Notes: generated from the letters alone by a model not told the origin. A stretch of 64,000 nucleotides of DNA from Lama guanicoe (GCA_013239625.1 MU053472.1:2949822-3013821); one strand, 5' to 3'; positions 13,128-28,033 are shown, counted from the stretch's first letter. A program made the numbers and translations.

Positions 13128-13573
13128 CAAAGCAATACCAAACTAGTCAACTTTGTCTTCTTATATAAGAACCCTTTCAGATCTGTAAAAACTACAATTA
13201 TTTTTCTCTCCTGATTATACCAATTACCAAAGCTGCCAAACACTCCTTGTATTATTTGGCTTCTAAGAGACCCACCATATCTAATTACCATTTTTACTTT
13301 GTCAAACTCATCATAAAACGTGATGATATGCAAAACTGAACTCCAAATGTAGCGTGACCAACACAGAACAGGAATGCTATAATTGCCAGTCAGCTGGACA
13401 CTGCAGTCTATTAATATAACCAAAGTCCATGCTAATGGGACTTTTTAAATTGTTTTTTAAAACAAAATAATAATTCTGTTAATTGCAAGCTCATATTAAG
13501 TTTGTAGGAATCTGATAATTTCAGATCTTTTCTGCATTGATATTCTTTCTTTTGTTCTTCCTTTGTCTCTCTT

Positions 13574-13659
13574 TTTTTAATGAAGGTACTGGGAATTGAA
13601 CTCAGGACCCTATGCATACTAAGCATGTGCTCTACCACTGAGCTACACCCACCCCCACC
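13574..13659 (-). mobile_element. tRNA-derived SINE (Vic-1-like)
   Basis: Reverse-complement A/B boxes. Confidence 0.9.
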
Positions 13660-14669
13660 ATAGTGAATTTCCTTAATGTGCAACCGAAACGCAGGATATA
13701 AAATGTACCCTTTAGTCTTTTACCTTGTTGATTTCCACCCAAGGTTCTGGCCTGTGTAGACCATTCTAAATCTTGGTTTTAACCACCTACCAATTAGACA
13801 TGAAAACATTTTCCAAAAATCTGATAATCATGACTTCAATATCTTTATTTAATATTTTCATTAAAAATGCTTATTAGGAAAGAGTGAAGTTCAGTACTGT
13901 ACCAGTAAAACCCCCATCTAGGCTACACAAAGCAACTAATCAATTCTTTCTAGATTTAGCTATTTGACAACTACACTCTAATTCAGCAGTATTGTCACAT
14001 CCTTCTTCACAGAGATGTCAAATATAATCTTATTAAATATTGTGTTGAAACTAGAGCCATTAGGTTATCATTCAATAAATTCTTGTGGGGCACCCATTAT
14101 GTGAATGGTCGTATCTTCAAACTGAAAAAGAAATAGTTTCTATGACATGTTCTTTGTGAACCATTTTGATTCATACTTATTATAAATCACCATTAAATTA
14201 TCTTAAATCATTTTTCAATAAACTATGCTAGAATTTGCTAAAAATCAATGTCAAGCTTACTGAGCAGTTGTTTCCATAACCTGTCCTTCTCTTAAATGGA
14301 AAAATCAAGACATTTGCGTTTCTCACAATTTTCTGATAACCCATACTGCATAATTTCTCACACACAACCCACAATACCTCCAACATTCTATCTGTAAGTT
14401 CTTTTAGTATCATGGAAATAAAGCCTCAAGACAAACTCATTTATGGTCCTTAGGTACTCTCTCTCATTATTTCCTAATCCATATTGATCGTTAATGCTTT
14501 CTTATCTAGACTTGTTCCAGTTTTAAAATCATTCTTAATAAAGGAGAACAGAAATCAAAATAACAATTGAAAAGCTGTTTTTTCTTTCTGTCATCTATGA
14601 ATACTATACCATCTATTTCAAATTCTGGTTCTATCTGTCCAAATTCTATACACATGTTAAAAAGAGAAG

Positions 14670-14925
14670 ATACAACGTGATAAATATAATTAACACTGCT
14701 GTATGCTATTATGAAAGCTGTTAAAAGAGTAAATCCTAAGAATCAGAAGGAAAAAAATTTTTTTCTATTTCTTTAATTTTGTATCTGTATGAGACAATGG
14801 ATGTTCACTAAACTTCCTGTGGTAATCATTTTATGATGCATGTAGAGTCAAATCATTATTCTGTTCCCCTTAAACTTATACAGTGCTGTATGTCAATTAT
14901 AGCTCAATAAAACTGGATGAAAAAA
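14670..14925 (+). mobile_element. L1MB-like 3' end
   Basis: Characteristic 3'UTR ending tatagctcaataaaactgg. Confidence 0.75.
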
Positions 14926-15990
14926 GAGGGAGGGAAGAAGTCTTTTTTCCTGATCTCTAGCATTTTAAGGACTTTTTTACATTCTAAGTCTTAAAACTTA
15001 AGATGGAAAAATAACTCGGGGCAGATGTTATTAAGTAATTACTGTTCCTATTTTTCTGAGAGATTTATTCTTCACTAAATTATTCTTCATGCTGCTCTGC
15101 TATCCTTTCTAAATATTATTTTTAAAATCTAGGTTCATCTGTTTGGCAATTTAGATTTCTTTAAGTGGCTTTTCCTTCTCATTAGTATCATTTATGAGTA
15201 CAGTTAGAATTCCAAATCTTTGCCTTCCTCTGTCTAGAATTTATATTCTCCTTTAGAAAATCTGTAGTCTCATGATAATAACTATCAAAAAAATTTTTAA
15301 TTTGCTTTCCAAGAGTAAACAATGCACCTAGTAATCACTCCCCTTCTTATTATGAATTTAAAGAATGCATGGTCACTTTCTCCCAAGGTTCCTGACACTT
15401 ACACACCCAGACAATTAAGACCAAAATTTAAGACCAAGACATTTCATTACTTCCTCTACCATGTATAATATGAAATTTCAAGCCCCTACAATATTGAGTC
15501 CTATATTAATTAATTATATAATTTAACATTTAACTAATTTAATAATTATTCTATTCTTTGCTTCATGTGTCTGAATCTTATCTCCCCACTATAATTTAAG
15601 CTTAGTGAAAACAAAAAAACTACTGTCTCTCATGGTACTTGGTACAGTGCTGGCCATAAAAAAGATGCTACACAAAAACAAACAAGCAAACAAAACAAAC
15701 AAAAAAACAAGACACTTTTTTGATTAGGGTCATTATATATCTTCCATTACAGATAAACAGTGGTCACTAAATGATCCAAGTAAACATCAGCATGAAAAAA
15801 TCCATTAAGCCAAGGTTAAAACATGAGCAAGGGATCAAATCCCAAGAAAGCAATGCAAAGAAGCCTTATTCAGGTTCAGCTGAACCTTGCAGTGTAGGGA
15901 TATACAAGCCAAATACTTTTTAAAAATTTCTGAGGAATAACCTGGCTCCCTACCAAACTTTTCCTTTTTCTTTTCAAGTTGTCTACATAC

Positions 15991-16173
15991 CTTATAACAT
16001 CATGTATGGCAAGGCACTTTAAGGTCAGAACTACAGATGTCAAACTAGTTCTTTTAATCTCAGGGATCACATGGTCAGGCATACACTGGTTCCAAAAATC
16101 TTTACTATAGATCCGAAAGCATTTTCCTGAGGAAGTCCTGCCAGCTCGGCCACTTCGCTGTAATGCCTCACTC
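15991..16173 (-). CDS. DHX40: DHX40 exon 10, motif [10 protein letters not shown]
   Basis: AG/GT flanks, 183 nt, [23 protein letters not shown]...AIHDVI. Confidence 0.97.
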
Positions 16174-16304
16174 CTTTAGAAGAAAAAAAAGTCCCGAAAA
16201 TATTCTGTGAGTTTTCTAAGTAATTCACTTCCCACCCCCAAACCAGCTAGAAATTATCTAATCAACTATTCTTTTGAACAAAAAGGCTTAACACAGAGAC
16301 TTAC

Positions 16305-16391
16305 TTTGAAATTGGAACCACCTCTAGAATGTCCAGTCCTAATCTGGGATTGTGATTTAACTGCTTCACAAAGCCACCGTCTACCACATAT
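16305..16391 (-). CDS. DHX40: DHX40 exon 9
   Basis: AG/GT flanks, 87 nt, [29 protein letters not shown]. Confidence 0.96.
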
Positions 16392-16514
16392 CTAAGGAGA
16401 ACGAAAAAAGTTAATTTTCCAGGAAATAAGGAAAGACTTATTAATTTTCAACCACTTTGGGTTCTCCTTTTCTACATGACAACCTTTATGTTAAGTGTAA
16501 AACTTGAAAGTCAA

Positions 16515-17136
16515 GAAATTGGAACCCTTGTACATTGCTAGTGGAAATGTAAAATCGTTCAGCCAATGTGGAAAATGGTTTGGAGGTCCCTCAAAACACT
16601 AAACATAGACCCAGAAATTCCATTCCTAAGTATACACCCAAAAGAACTGAAAACAAGTACTCAGCAAATACTTGTAGACATAAGTTCAGAGAACCCCTGA
16701 TAAAAGACAAAAGGCAGAAACAACCTTAATGTCCATTAACCCTTAAGAGATGAAAGGACAAACAAATTTTGGTATATACATACAATGAAATACTATTCAG
16801 CCATAAAAAGGAATGACACAACACAGATGACTCTCAAAAAATACACTGAGTAAAAAAAACCAGACACAGAATGTCACATATTGTATGATTCCATTTATAT
16901 GAAATATGCAGAAGAGGATATCCATAGAAACATAAAGTGGTGATTGGCAGGTGTGGAGGGAGGAATGGGGAGCAATTCCTTAAAGTGTACAGGTTTTTAT
17001 TTGGAGGTGATGAAATATTTTAGAACTAGACAGAGGTGGTAGTTGCACAACATTGTAAATGTAATAAATACTACTTAATTTTTCACTTTTCAATGTTAGT
17101 TTTATGTTATGTGAATTTCTCCTGTAAAAAAAAAAA
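16515..17136 (+). mobile_element. L1MB-like 3' fragment
   Basis: gaaattggaacccttgtacattgc... to poly(A). Confidence 0.85.
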
Positions 17137-18119
17137 GCAAACCTGAAAATCAGCTCTAAACCATTCTAACAGGTTCAGAGTCTAATTCCAGTTAGCCTTT
17201 AACAATACCATTTTAAGCCAATTAAACAGATAACAAGTCAGATAAAAAATTAAGTTAGGAACAGTAGTAAGTCTATCATTCACTAAGGGAACATTCTGAA
17301 ACATGCTATTTAATAACTTTTGCCTTTGCTGGAAACAGAAATCTTTAGAGGTTAATTTATTCAAGAGAGCTGCTCCCCTAAGCCCTTAGTGAAACAGTTA
17401 TTCTTAAAGTGAGGGATAAAAGCAGAGGAAATTAAACTTCCTTTCAGATCTGGGTGATCATTTTACCCAAAATATATAGGATCTTTGGGTCAGGTCCAGC
17501 CTTCCTGTGGCAGACAGACAGCCTTAGTTAAAAACATAAAATATATGGAGGAAAAGATAAATATCCAGAAGGAATGTGGTTCAACAGTCTAAAAGAACTT
17601 CACATTAGGTAGCTAGAATTAAAATCTCCAAGTGTTTCTCTACTAAATTCACTCAAAAATTTGAGGGCACCGCTGATTACATTAAAAATAAAGGGTCTGT
17701 GTCATAGTTCATTTCACAAAAGGTGAAAAGTGAGAAATAGTACTTCCAGATAAACACTTGGATACACAAAGTTACTACAGAAGAGAGAAGGGAATAGCAG
17801 ATCATCTTAGGTACACACTGAGAATGGGAGCACAGAGAAACAGGTTTGGCTTCCCATTTAATGAAACTCATCAAGTACTACATACAACCTTAAATCTGGG
17901 AAGAGAAAACTAGAAGTTGCCAGTACAAGTATTTAAAACGTGTGAACAGAAATGCTACATGCACTTCCTTCTCCACTTCCTATTCAGAGCAATCAATAAT
18001 TACAAAATACAATAGGTGATTACAAGTTAAGTAGGGAGAAGGAAATTAGAGGGCACAGAGACACAAACTTCATGTTTATGATCAGCTAAGTGGCTTCCTT
18101 GGCTTTAAGAGGAATTTTA

Positions 18120-18254
<135 letters not shown>

Positions 18255-20766
18255 CTAATTGACAGCACGCATTTGTCAAACTCAAGTTTTGAAAAACTAA
18301 TTTCTTTTCATTAAAAGTTGTTTTCTTCACCTCTAATTATCTTGAATTCAAAATATAATAGCAAAAACTATTTTTTCCTCACCTTTCACTGTTAAGATCT
18401 CAAAGATCCATGGAACCACAGATTGCTAAAATAAATCCTTCAGCAGTCATTTATGTAGGTCATAGCTCCCTTTGAGAGTATTTAAAAACTGTGGGCCTCT
18501 TCTCCATTAAAATTCACATATGTACACACACACAAAAAATTTCAAACAGTATCAGGATGTTCAGGGATTCTCTGAAGCCCATCTATGGACTACAGATTAA
18601 GGACCTATCTATGTTTTAAGGATTGATTAGCTAAGGCTGTTTTTACTTTTTCAGATGTCTGCCTAATTTATGACTACATGTCCCAACAAGTAACATCACA
18701 CTGATTTCCACTATCCACACATTCTGAAGGGTATGCCCCAGCAGCAGTGCTTATAGTATGCTACCTTGCTCCTCTGGCCACAGTTTATGGCACCAAGGAT
18801 AAATATCCCCCTCCAAGTGGGCCAGTCTGATTCTCCTGTAAATTTGGAATAAGGTCCAAGAGATGCTCAATTTGATTAGATTAGTCTCTTGCAAAGAGGA
18901 AAAATTAACTTGTGAACCATAGGGAAGTGACTAGTGTACATGAAGTAAAGCTAAAGAGAGAAAAAATTGAATCAGCCATGAGAGTTCATAAGAGAGTATT
19001 TCTGGGTTCCTGGCACTTCCCAGGCCTTAAGAGACCTGGGCGTGAAACAAATGAAAGATGGATTTGGCCAGATTTGCCCTCCTGCCAGTTAAGCAGAGAA
19101 CCAGACAAGAGAATTAATGTTTACAAGGAAATGGTTATGGCATAGACAAAAGGAGATAAGTGCTGGCTGGTAAAAGACAAATCTCGATGCATTCTGAAAA
19201 TTGTTGAATTAGGAACAGAAATTAGTTAACAGAAACAGGATTCAGAATCATCAGAAAGATGTTTAAAACTGCGATCATAAATGATGGTAATGACAAAGTC
19301 TATAACAAGTTTCTGAATGGGTGGCTGAGGAAGGATGAAGGAAAAGACCACTTAAGCTACTAGACAGGTCAAGCAAAGGATTTAGGTAGACTGTCTATTT
19401 CAGTGATCTCCAAAAATTAGGAGTAATCATTCCAGGAAGTACACAAGTCAATCTACTGGGGTATAAAAAGAAATTATTAGCATGTCTATGTCTCTCATAA
19501 CATCCTTTTAAACTTTTTGTTTCATATGTGTTTATTATTCTACACTATATACTAGAACAGTAAGTACTTACATATACTTTAAAAAGAAAAAAATTTTTAA
19601 TGCCTAGCTGCATCTGATTTCCACAAGATATGCACGTGTTTGTTTAGAAAGTTCATTTTTTCTACTTGAGCAACCTCAAGTTGTTTTCTTTTCAGCAGCC
19701 AAGAAAATCTAAATCAAATCTGTTTTTAAATAAAGTACAAAACTTGTTTCCATATAAAATCATATAAAGATCCATGTATTTCCAAAATATGAAACAGATC
19801 AAAGTTAAACTTTTATGAGGGAAAAAAGCAGTGACACAGATCAGCACAATTTTAAAATCATGTTACTAGGCCAACCATCTCATTTCATAGATGAGAAAAC
19901 TAAAGCCCAGAGAGGTCAAGTTACTTGCCCAAGACGTACATATAGACAGGCAAGTTTAAAACCAAGTCAAGTATTGTTGTTATTCTAATAGATCATTCTG
20001 AAATTAATTTCACAAGTAAAAAAGTGCTAGAGAGGCAGCTTATACATACATGAGAAAAATTATTTAGGTATTTCTTAGATTTAGATAGCTCATTTCTTCC
20101 AGATGGTTCAAAGAAGCCATATACTACTTTAGTTCAAATTATAGATTTATACATTTATTTATTGTCTATGTATTCTACTATAATGTAGCTCTATGAGAAC
20201 AAGGACTTTCTTTTATTCAAGACGTATCCCCAGTACCTGCAATGCCTAGAACATAGAAAGTGCTCAATAAAGTTCGATGAATTGATAAATTTTAAAATGT
20301 ATGATAAAAATAAGTGGAAATTTTTCTACCTTTAAAATTTGACATAACTCTAAAATTTTATATAAATTAGAAATGTCCAATCTGAACATTTATCTATTAC
20401 CAACCCTGTTTTCAATAACCCATTTCTAAAAGTACCTAATTTTAGTCTTCAGTTCAAGCAAAACTTCAGCTTCATTTATTATTTTGTTCACTACAGTCAA
20501 ATAAAAAGTCCTGAAACTGCTGCTTGAAAAGACTCACGTTTGTTTCGCATTTACATTTCACCCACGTACTTTAACACCATATTCCACAAGTATAAACACA
20601 TGTCAATTTTATGTTTATTTATAAATATTAGGGAAAAAGTTAAATACATACACCCTAAAGCACATTCCCACTTTCCGCAAAGGAAAAGGGAAATTGAATA
20701 CTTTCATTAAGATGTAGAAATTCTGATTATTTTCACTACCTGATCTTCCTATCTAAAATAGACTCT

Positions 20767-20900
20767 GGGGAGTCTAGTGGTAGACTGCATGCTTAGCAGG
20801 CATGAGGTCCTGGGTTCAATCCCCAGTACCTCCATTAAAATAAATTAATAAACCTAATTCCACCCCCCCAAAAAAAGTAAAATAAATCTGAAAAAAAAAA
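20767..20900 (+). mobile_element. tRNA-derived SINE (Vic-1-like)
   Basis: B box GGTTCAATCC, tail aataaacctaatt, poly(A). Confidence 0.88.
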
Positions 20901-21289
20901 AAGACAGATTCTGATACGCCTTACTCCATCTATCTCAGTACCTCATAAGGTTGTAAGATGTAAATTAACAGGGGAAAAAGTTGTCAAAGAGGCAGAAAGA
21001 TGTTACAAAGTCTACCAAGAAATAAGGATACTGAGGATAGACCACTTAACACTACACAGAGTGATGCTCCTAAAATATGTGAATATGTGACATATATTAA
21101 GGCCAACTGAAACTTCCTCATAGATTTGTCTCAAATTGATCCCAAAGCAGAAGCACAATTGAGAGAGAGAGAAAGCGTGTGTGTGAGAAAGTGTGTGTAT
21201 GTGTATAAAAGAAACATAATTTAAAGCAGTAAACAGAAACTGTCAATCAAAGGGGGAAAAAGATGATTCTGGAACAGAACCAAAGAGAT

Positions 21290-22045
21290 ACAACACTGCT
21301 TAGCTCAAACTCTACCCTCCCTGGGAGTCATTTTTGGCTGAGTCAAAAATATCTTGAGAAGTCTCACTAAAACAGCTGAAAATCAAACTTCTGATACAGA
21401 GAAAAGGCTTGAGATCATGAGTAAATGCAGTTGAAAAGATAAACTGACTAGGAGGAAGCTTAAAAATATGGAAGACAGGCGATCCAACATAAGAATTAGT
21501 ATCCCTGAAGTAGAGAAACCAATAAATAGACAAAACTTATATTCAAAGATATAACACAAGAGAACTTCCTTGAAATGAGGAAATGAATTTGTAGATAAAA
21601 GGAGCAACTCAAAAAAGTTTATTGTATTGGTAGTAGTTACACAGGTATGTACATTTGTCAAACTCACTGAACTGTATACTTAAAGGAGGCACAGTTTATT
21701 ATATGTAAATTATATCTCAGTAAAGTTGATTTTTTAAAAGAGCACATAAAATTCCAGGAAATTTTAATATACAACACTCAACACCAAAAAATATTCTAAT
21801 TAAAACTATTGAACTTTAAGGATAAAAACAGAAATTTTCAGGCAATCAGACAGAAAAAGCAAATCACTTACAAGGAAGGGAAAAAAAATCAGGCTGGCCT
21901 CAGACTTCTCCGCAGCAACATTCAATGCCAGAAGACAACTGGACAACGTCTACCAAGTTCTAAGGAAAAGAAAGTGTGACCCAAGAACATAAAACCCAGC
22001 CAAGATGTAGCTCAAGTATAAAGGCAAAAGCCAGACATTCTTAAA

Positions 22046-22084
<39 letters not shown>

Positions 22085-22200
22085 CAAAAAAAAAAACACC
22101 CAAGAGCCCTTATATTTAAAAAAAGTTAAAATCTAACGAATCTAAAATTAACTAAAAGTAACTTAGGAATCAAAAAATCATGGTAAAAGGATTGATGGTA
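21290..22200 (+). mobile_element. Old L1 ORF1 remnant with nested L1ME-type 3' piece
   Basis: aaaaatcaggctggcctcagacttctcc...gccagaagacaa (ORF1 C-terminal-like). Confidence 0.7.
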
Positions 22201-25200
22201 AACACTAAATACACCTGAACAATGTAAAAATAACTAACAAAAATCAGAAGGGGAGGATATAGAAGAGTAAAAGTACTTAAGCCCTCATCTTTCAAATCAG
22301 AGAGGCAACAGGTAAGATCTCCATTCAAATATGGTCTAAAAAGAAGATATTAACTTCAGCTTAATATTTTTAACAATCTTTAATGAATTATTATCTCATG
22401 TGGTAAAGATTCACTTGAAGCTTAACAATTTCTTCAAGTAAATTCAAGTAAAATTAAATAATTTTTTAAAAAGCAACTAATAGTGTAATCTCACTTTTAA
22501 AAAGTATTTCTATCAACCTACTTATCTACTTACTTATCCTTCTAAATGTAACACAAATATACACACACATACACACACACACAGAGTTTTTAAATAACGG
22601 TTTTCCTAGTGTTAAAGATGGTTATTTCTGGATGGAGGAGCTTGAAGTGATTTCTTTACTTTCACCTTTGTAATTGTGTACACTGCTTGCATTCTTTATA
22701 ATGAAATAGTATCATTTTTCCTCAACTGATTATTTTTTCTTAAAAGAAAACAATAACAAATATGCTGAGACACCAACTGTATTAATTCTGTATAGTAGAA
22801 AATGGATTTTTGGGGTACTTTTCTAAAATTTCTACAAAGAACAAAAAAGAAAAACAAAGGAGCATATGTTAACCCATTTTTGTTAAAAAAAAAAAACTAA
22901 ACAATAAAAATATACCTAAATTTATAAAGAAAAAGGTTAGAAAAATATACCTCAAAATATTAATAGTGATTATCACTTAATCATGGTGGGATCTAGTAAG
23001 TTTAATTACTTTTCTTACTTTACTGATTTTACTGTTTTTAAAAAGTATATATTCCTTTAAAAGACAAAAGAAAATTTTCCTCATTTGGGGAGACTCCACA
23101 TAAACTGAGAATTTTTATGTAAAGCTCACTAGCCTTATTCCCCCATATCTTTTCTTTAATCTTAACATTTAAAGAAACTATTTAGACAGTTGGAAATTGC
23201 TATATTGAGATAACATCTTTGTTTTTCAGGCATAAGAAACAAAAAAAAGATATTTGGGGTTTATGCAATAATCTAAATGAGCAGTTTTTCCTCTTTTAAA
23301 ATGCCATACACTAATTCAAGGTAAAGCTCCTCTCCTTTTCTTCATGTATTCTGGAAACACATGTACTGTTAGATTCCCCACTACTGAATAAATAACCAGG
23401 TATCAAATGTAGATTTACCATGTGACCTCAGGAACATCACTTAGCCTCTATCTGTAAAATAAAGAAATCTGATTATGCAAAAACATATATATGGGTATAT
23501 GTGCATTTTTCTAGGAAAAAACAGCCATGGCTTTCAATACTTTAAAAAAAAAAATTTGAGATTCCCACCCTCCAAAAAAAGGCTAAGAAGCACTGAATTA
23601 GGTAATTACTTCAGTGCTAAAATTGTCTAATTCCATGCAAATAATTGTCACTTATGAAGTAACAGGTATATTTCAGTTCATACATTTTTGTAGGGTTCAG
23701 CTTTTCCTAAGTGCATGACAAACTTGAAGAGGTGCAAAATCTGAACAAAAGAAGGAAGTCAGAAGGGAAAAGGTTTGAGAGAAAAAAGAATAAAGTTCAG
23801 AGAGCGCTTTATGCAAAATGTTAACAGAATATCCAGCAGAAAGGGAAAAATCTAAAACTCAATTTAACAAATATTTAATGAGAACTTTTCAACATACGGT
23901 ACTTGCCCTCAAGAAGTTCACAATCTCATCGAGGTGATGAGACAATCATAACAAGATAAATGGGTTAAGTGCCACAACAGGGTACAGTAAAGCACAATGA
24001 GGTTCCAATGAAGAAGAAATGAAAGCCAGTTGTGGGGAGGGAAAACAGGAAAGGTTTTTATGGAGTTGGTTGCACTTGTGAAACAAAATAGCAGGATTTT
24101 GACCAGCAAAGAGGGGAGAATGAGAGGGAAAGAAGGAGTTCAAGTTCAGGAAATGGAAATACGGAGTCACAAAAAAAGGTGTAGAGGGAAAAGGCATCAA
24201 AAATAACTCTTACATTTGAGAGCCTGATGGAACATCACAAAGTGGAGTAGGGGTGGGTAAGGAGGACTTTAGCCCAGGGAGCAGTTCATATAATCTTGGT
24301 AGAAAGGAAACCACAGCACCTCTTCACATCTGACAGATGAGAATTTATGTCAATTACGGAGATATTGTAAGATCCCCTCTAAATCAGTCAGCCACCCTCA
24401 TGGCTATTCCAGAAATAAGAGCAAATATAAAATATCTACCCCATAATTTTTACCTATTCACTAAACCTAGGTATGGGTCATTTTTGAACTCCCTTCACTA
24501 GGTTACAACCAAGAAACCCTTCTTCCCTCTCCTCCAAATCCAAGTTTTCTGTTCCTGAACAGGAAATAATTAAATTAAAATAGTGTCTCTCCCAACCACC
24601 CAAGGTAGCAATAATAAAGAAAATAAATGCTGTATTGTATTAACCAGGCTTAAAAAGAAAGCTTAAGATCCCAGGAATCTGCCACCTTCTCCTTAGTTCA
24701 TCCAACTCTGCCTCACCCATTACTTAGTACCTCATCAGCTCCATCTGAATGCCTCTTTGCATGGTTACAAACCACGATAATAAATATTATTATGCTCATA
24801 ATGAATTATCAACAGCTCACCCTTAGAGCGCCCTTGGACCCAGAAAGGAAACTAAAATAAATAAACAAAATCCTTCAATAATGGCTCTACTTACACCCAA
24901 TCCCACACCTTTTCAATTTACACATATACACCAACAAAGAAAATCACATACACTAAGAATTCAGGCTGAAAGCTGGTTGAAGTCACGTTTAAGGATAACG
25001 AACACCAAGTTATTAAGCTGGCATTTTAATTCAGCTGGCAATAGAAAATAGCTAAAGGTACCCAACAGGAGACTGACACAATCAGAACGGTGCTTTGGGA
25101 AGATTATGCTCACTATGGCAGGTAGGATGGTGAACTAAATCAGGAAGAATAATTTAGCAGGATATACTAATAACTCAGGATAGCAAATTAAGGATCCCAA

Positions 25201-26871
25201 CTCTAATGATAGTAAAAAAAAAAAAGGAGAAAAAAAAAAAGGAATCTAGATGAGACAAAGGTAAAAGAAAGCCTGTAGGAGTTGCCACTTATTTGAATTA
25301 TATGATCTAGGATGACATGATGCACAGACCAAAAAGCCCCATGAAACCCAGTAGGTATAGAGTGCAGGACAATGAACTAGCAACAGCTTCCAGAAGTCAT
25401 CACAAAGAAGTGACAGGTAACTCCTAGGAGCCAACTTCCCCAAAATAGAGAATTTTCAGAAAACAGCAAGCTAAGGATGAAACCTTAGGAAAAGTCACAG
25501 TAAGAGGGGAACAACGGTCAGGGAGGGTGGGAAGGCAGCAGCCTTAGAGAGAGTGGACAGGAGAACAAAATAATTAAATATTATCCTGGACAATAGCATT
25601 TAAGAAGGAGACTTTTCATTATCACAAAATCAAAATGCAAACTAATAGAAAAAAGCCATGAGATTTGAGAAATAGGAGGTCACTAGCAATCTTAAATAGT
25701 ATAAAAACTGGATTTCAGGAAGATAAACAAGAAGCAATGGGAGATACAGAACATTATTTTCAATGGGGCAGTAAGACACAAGTAAGAATGAAATTATTTA
25801 CTTCACATAGAAAAAGGAAAAAAATATATATATATAGTTAATGGTTAATAACAAAGCAACTGTAATGGGCTTTGAATTACCTTACCAGTTACAAAGTAAC
25901 TTACAATAGAGTTAGTAGCTCAAATCTCCAAAACACAATGAGACCCTTAAATATCTCATAATTATCCTAAGAATCCCCTTAAAGATGTAAAAATCTAAAA
26001 ATATTGAGAGCAAGGGCCTAATATCATCACAGGAGAGATTTCCAAAATAGCGTGTGGTCTCTGGTTATTTACCAACACATATATTTCTAAACTTTTTTTG
26101 TTAATATAAGGATAAGAACCACCCACCTAACAAAAACAAAAATACACATAAAATATAAAAACGTTTAAATGTTTTTTGTATTACATTCAATGTTAATCCC
26201 AGTCAAACTCCAAATAGACTACGGTTAACTTCCCTTTAGTTTACAAGTCAAATTACATAATAAAATAGCTTTGCAAAACAAATTCTAAACCTCATTCAAC
26301 AATATTATGAACAAATATTAGAATAAGAGTTTGCATTTATTCTTTGAATTTATAAAAGAACATCTTTCTTGAAAAGGAGACTAATGTGTGGCTACTTAAA
26401 AAGAAAACTACATACTAGGTTATTTCATGTATCTTGATATATAAGATTTCTAGAAATTCTGTAGCAGTGACAAATTAGACTTAACTTATAGTACTACTAT
26501 CAAGGAATTATAGTCCTAATTTCAAAAAATTACCAACAACACTTTTGTTCTGCAGGGAGAGGACACAGACCACTCTTAACAACAGTAAGAGGGATGGCTG
26601 TCCACGGCTTTTTAAAAAGACTTCAAGAAAAAAATCACTTCTCTTAAGGGATGCTGGTTCTCTTAATGCTCTGTTTCATGACCTGGCTGTTGGTTACAAA
26701 GGTGAGTTCACTATGTGAAATTCATTGACCTAAACACTTACATCTGTATGTGTATGTATGTGATTATTCAATAAAAAAGCTTTTTAATGTATGGCACTCT
26801 TGCATATGTATGTGATTATTCAATAAAAAAGCTTTTTAAAAATCAAATTTTCTGTTCTAGTGAGGAATTAC

Positions 26872-27003
26872 CTGTTGTCATAGATCCATAACACGGCAAT
26901 ATTAACAAGCCATCTAGAGTGGTATCTTGAACATCATAATCATAATCAACTGACTCTGCCATTTGAAAAAGTAACTCACAACTTTTTTCAATTTCAAACT
27001 GAC
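26872..27003 (-). CDS. DHX40: DHX40 exon 7
   Basis: AG/GT flanks, 132 nt, [12 protein letters not shown]...LPCYGSMTT. Confidence 0.96.
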
Positions 27004-27966
27004 CTGAAATGAGGAAAATAACGTCAGCAACTGAACAGCAAAATTAACTTAAGAATAAAAAAACAGGATTCTAGATTAATATTAGTTTTGCATGATAGTT
27101 ATTCTAAATCTCTCATCTGATCCGAAGTCGATAAACACATAGGTTGTACCCATGTGTTCAACAATAAAATTAGAAATAGAAGAAACACCAGTTTCCAAGG
27201 AATTTAAATCTCTAAAAAAATTAAAATATTTATAATCTTCAAGACCTTCATCTTGTTGGTATGGTATTTGAAGAAGATTCAGTAAAGTTAGTCATTAACA
27301 TAGGGGAAGCTAGTCTAGGAGATACTACATTTAGGTTTTATTTCAAAATACTTAAGTAATCTCAAAAGAGCAAAGAGATTGTTACAATGGCTCACTTCTG
27401 ACATCAGTACAAGGCAGAGTAGGAGGTGAGCCATGAAATGACTCATATCTGTTAGAAGGATGCTGCTACTTGAAGAATCACACTAGTCTGAGATTTAACT
27501 TTTCCACTTTTGACCTCCAAGAAAGGCTGGTCGATGAGACATGAATTCCACACCTTATGCACTGCTACCACAGAGAACCATCTCACCACTCAAATAAGAA
27601 AGGAGCTAGTAGGATGTCTTTGGGAATAATGAAATTAATCATTCAGATCCAGGACTGTTCAGTGTGGCAACAGTTCTATATAAAATAGAGTACCACAAAT
27701 ATTAATATTTTGTCATTTAATATCTTTCTATTGGAAGGTCCGTGTGTTTCACATGTTTACTAATGAGACTGGCGTTTTTGGGGGCAGTGAGGAATTATCT
27801 TATATATCTTATAATACAAATAATATCTAAAGCTACTCAGATAATCTTAAAAACCTAGGGTAACGTGAGTAGAGCCTAGATTTCCCAACAAAGGTAACAT
27901 TCTATCGTGATGTCACATTTCCTTCTTACAAACAGTAAAATTTTAAACCTGATACTGAATGCTCAC

Positions 27967-28033
27967 CAGTCAGAAAAACCAAGATGTCTCCAGCCATTTC
28001 ATTCAAATGAATATCCATGGTCACTTTCACAAT
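27967..28033 (-). CDS. DHX40: DHX40 exon 6
   Basis: AG/GT flanks, 67 nt, [22 protein letters not shown] (motif IV start). Confidence 0.96.

Larger units (their letters stand above)
13130..15420 (-). mobile_element. Ancient CR1/L3 LINE remnant, interrupted by a SINE and an L1MB piece
   Basis: ORF 14228-14413 (ILKELTDRMLEVL...NANV...NNCSVSLT) resembles the CR1 RT motif VLKELADVIAEPL...ANV...NYRPVSLT; 13106-13423 resembles the CR1 C-terminus. Confidence 0.7.
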
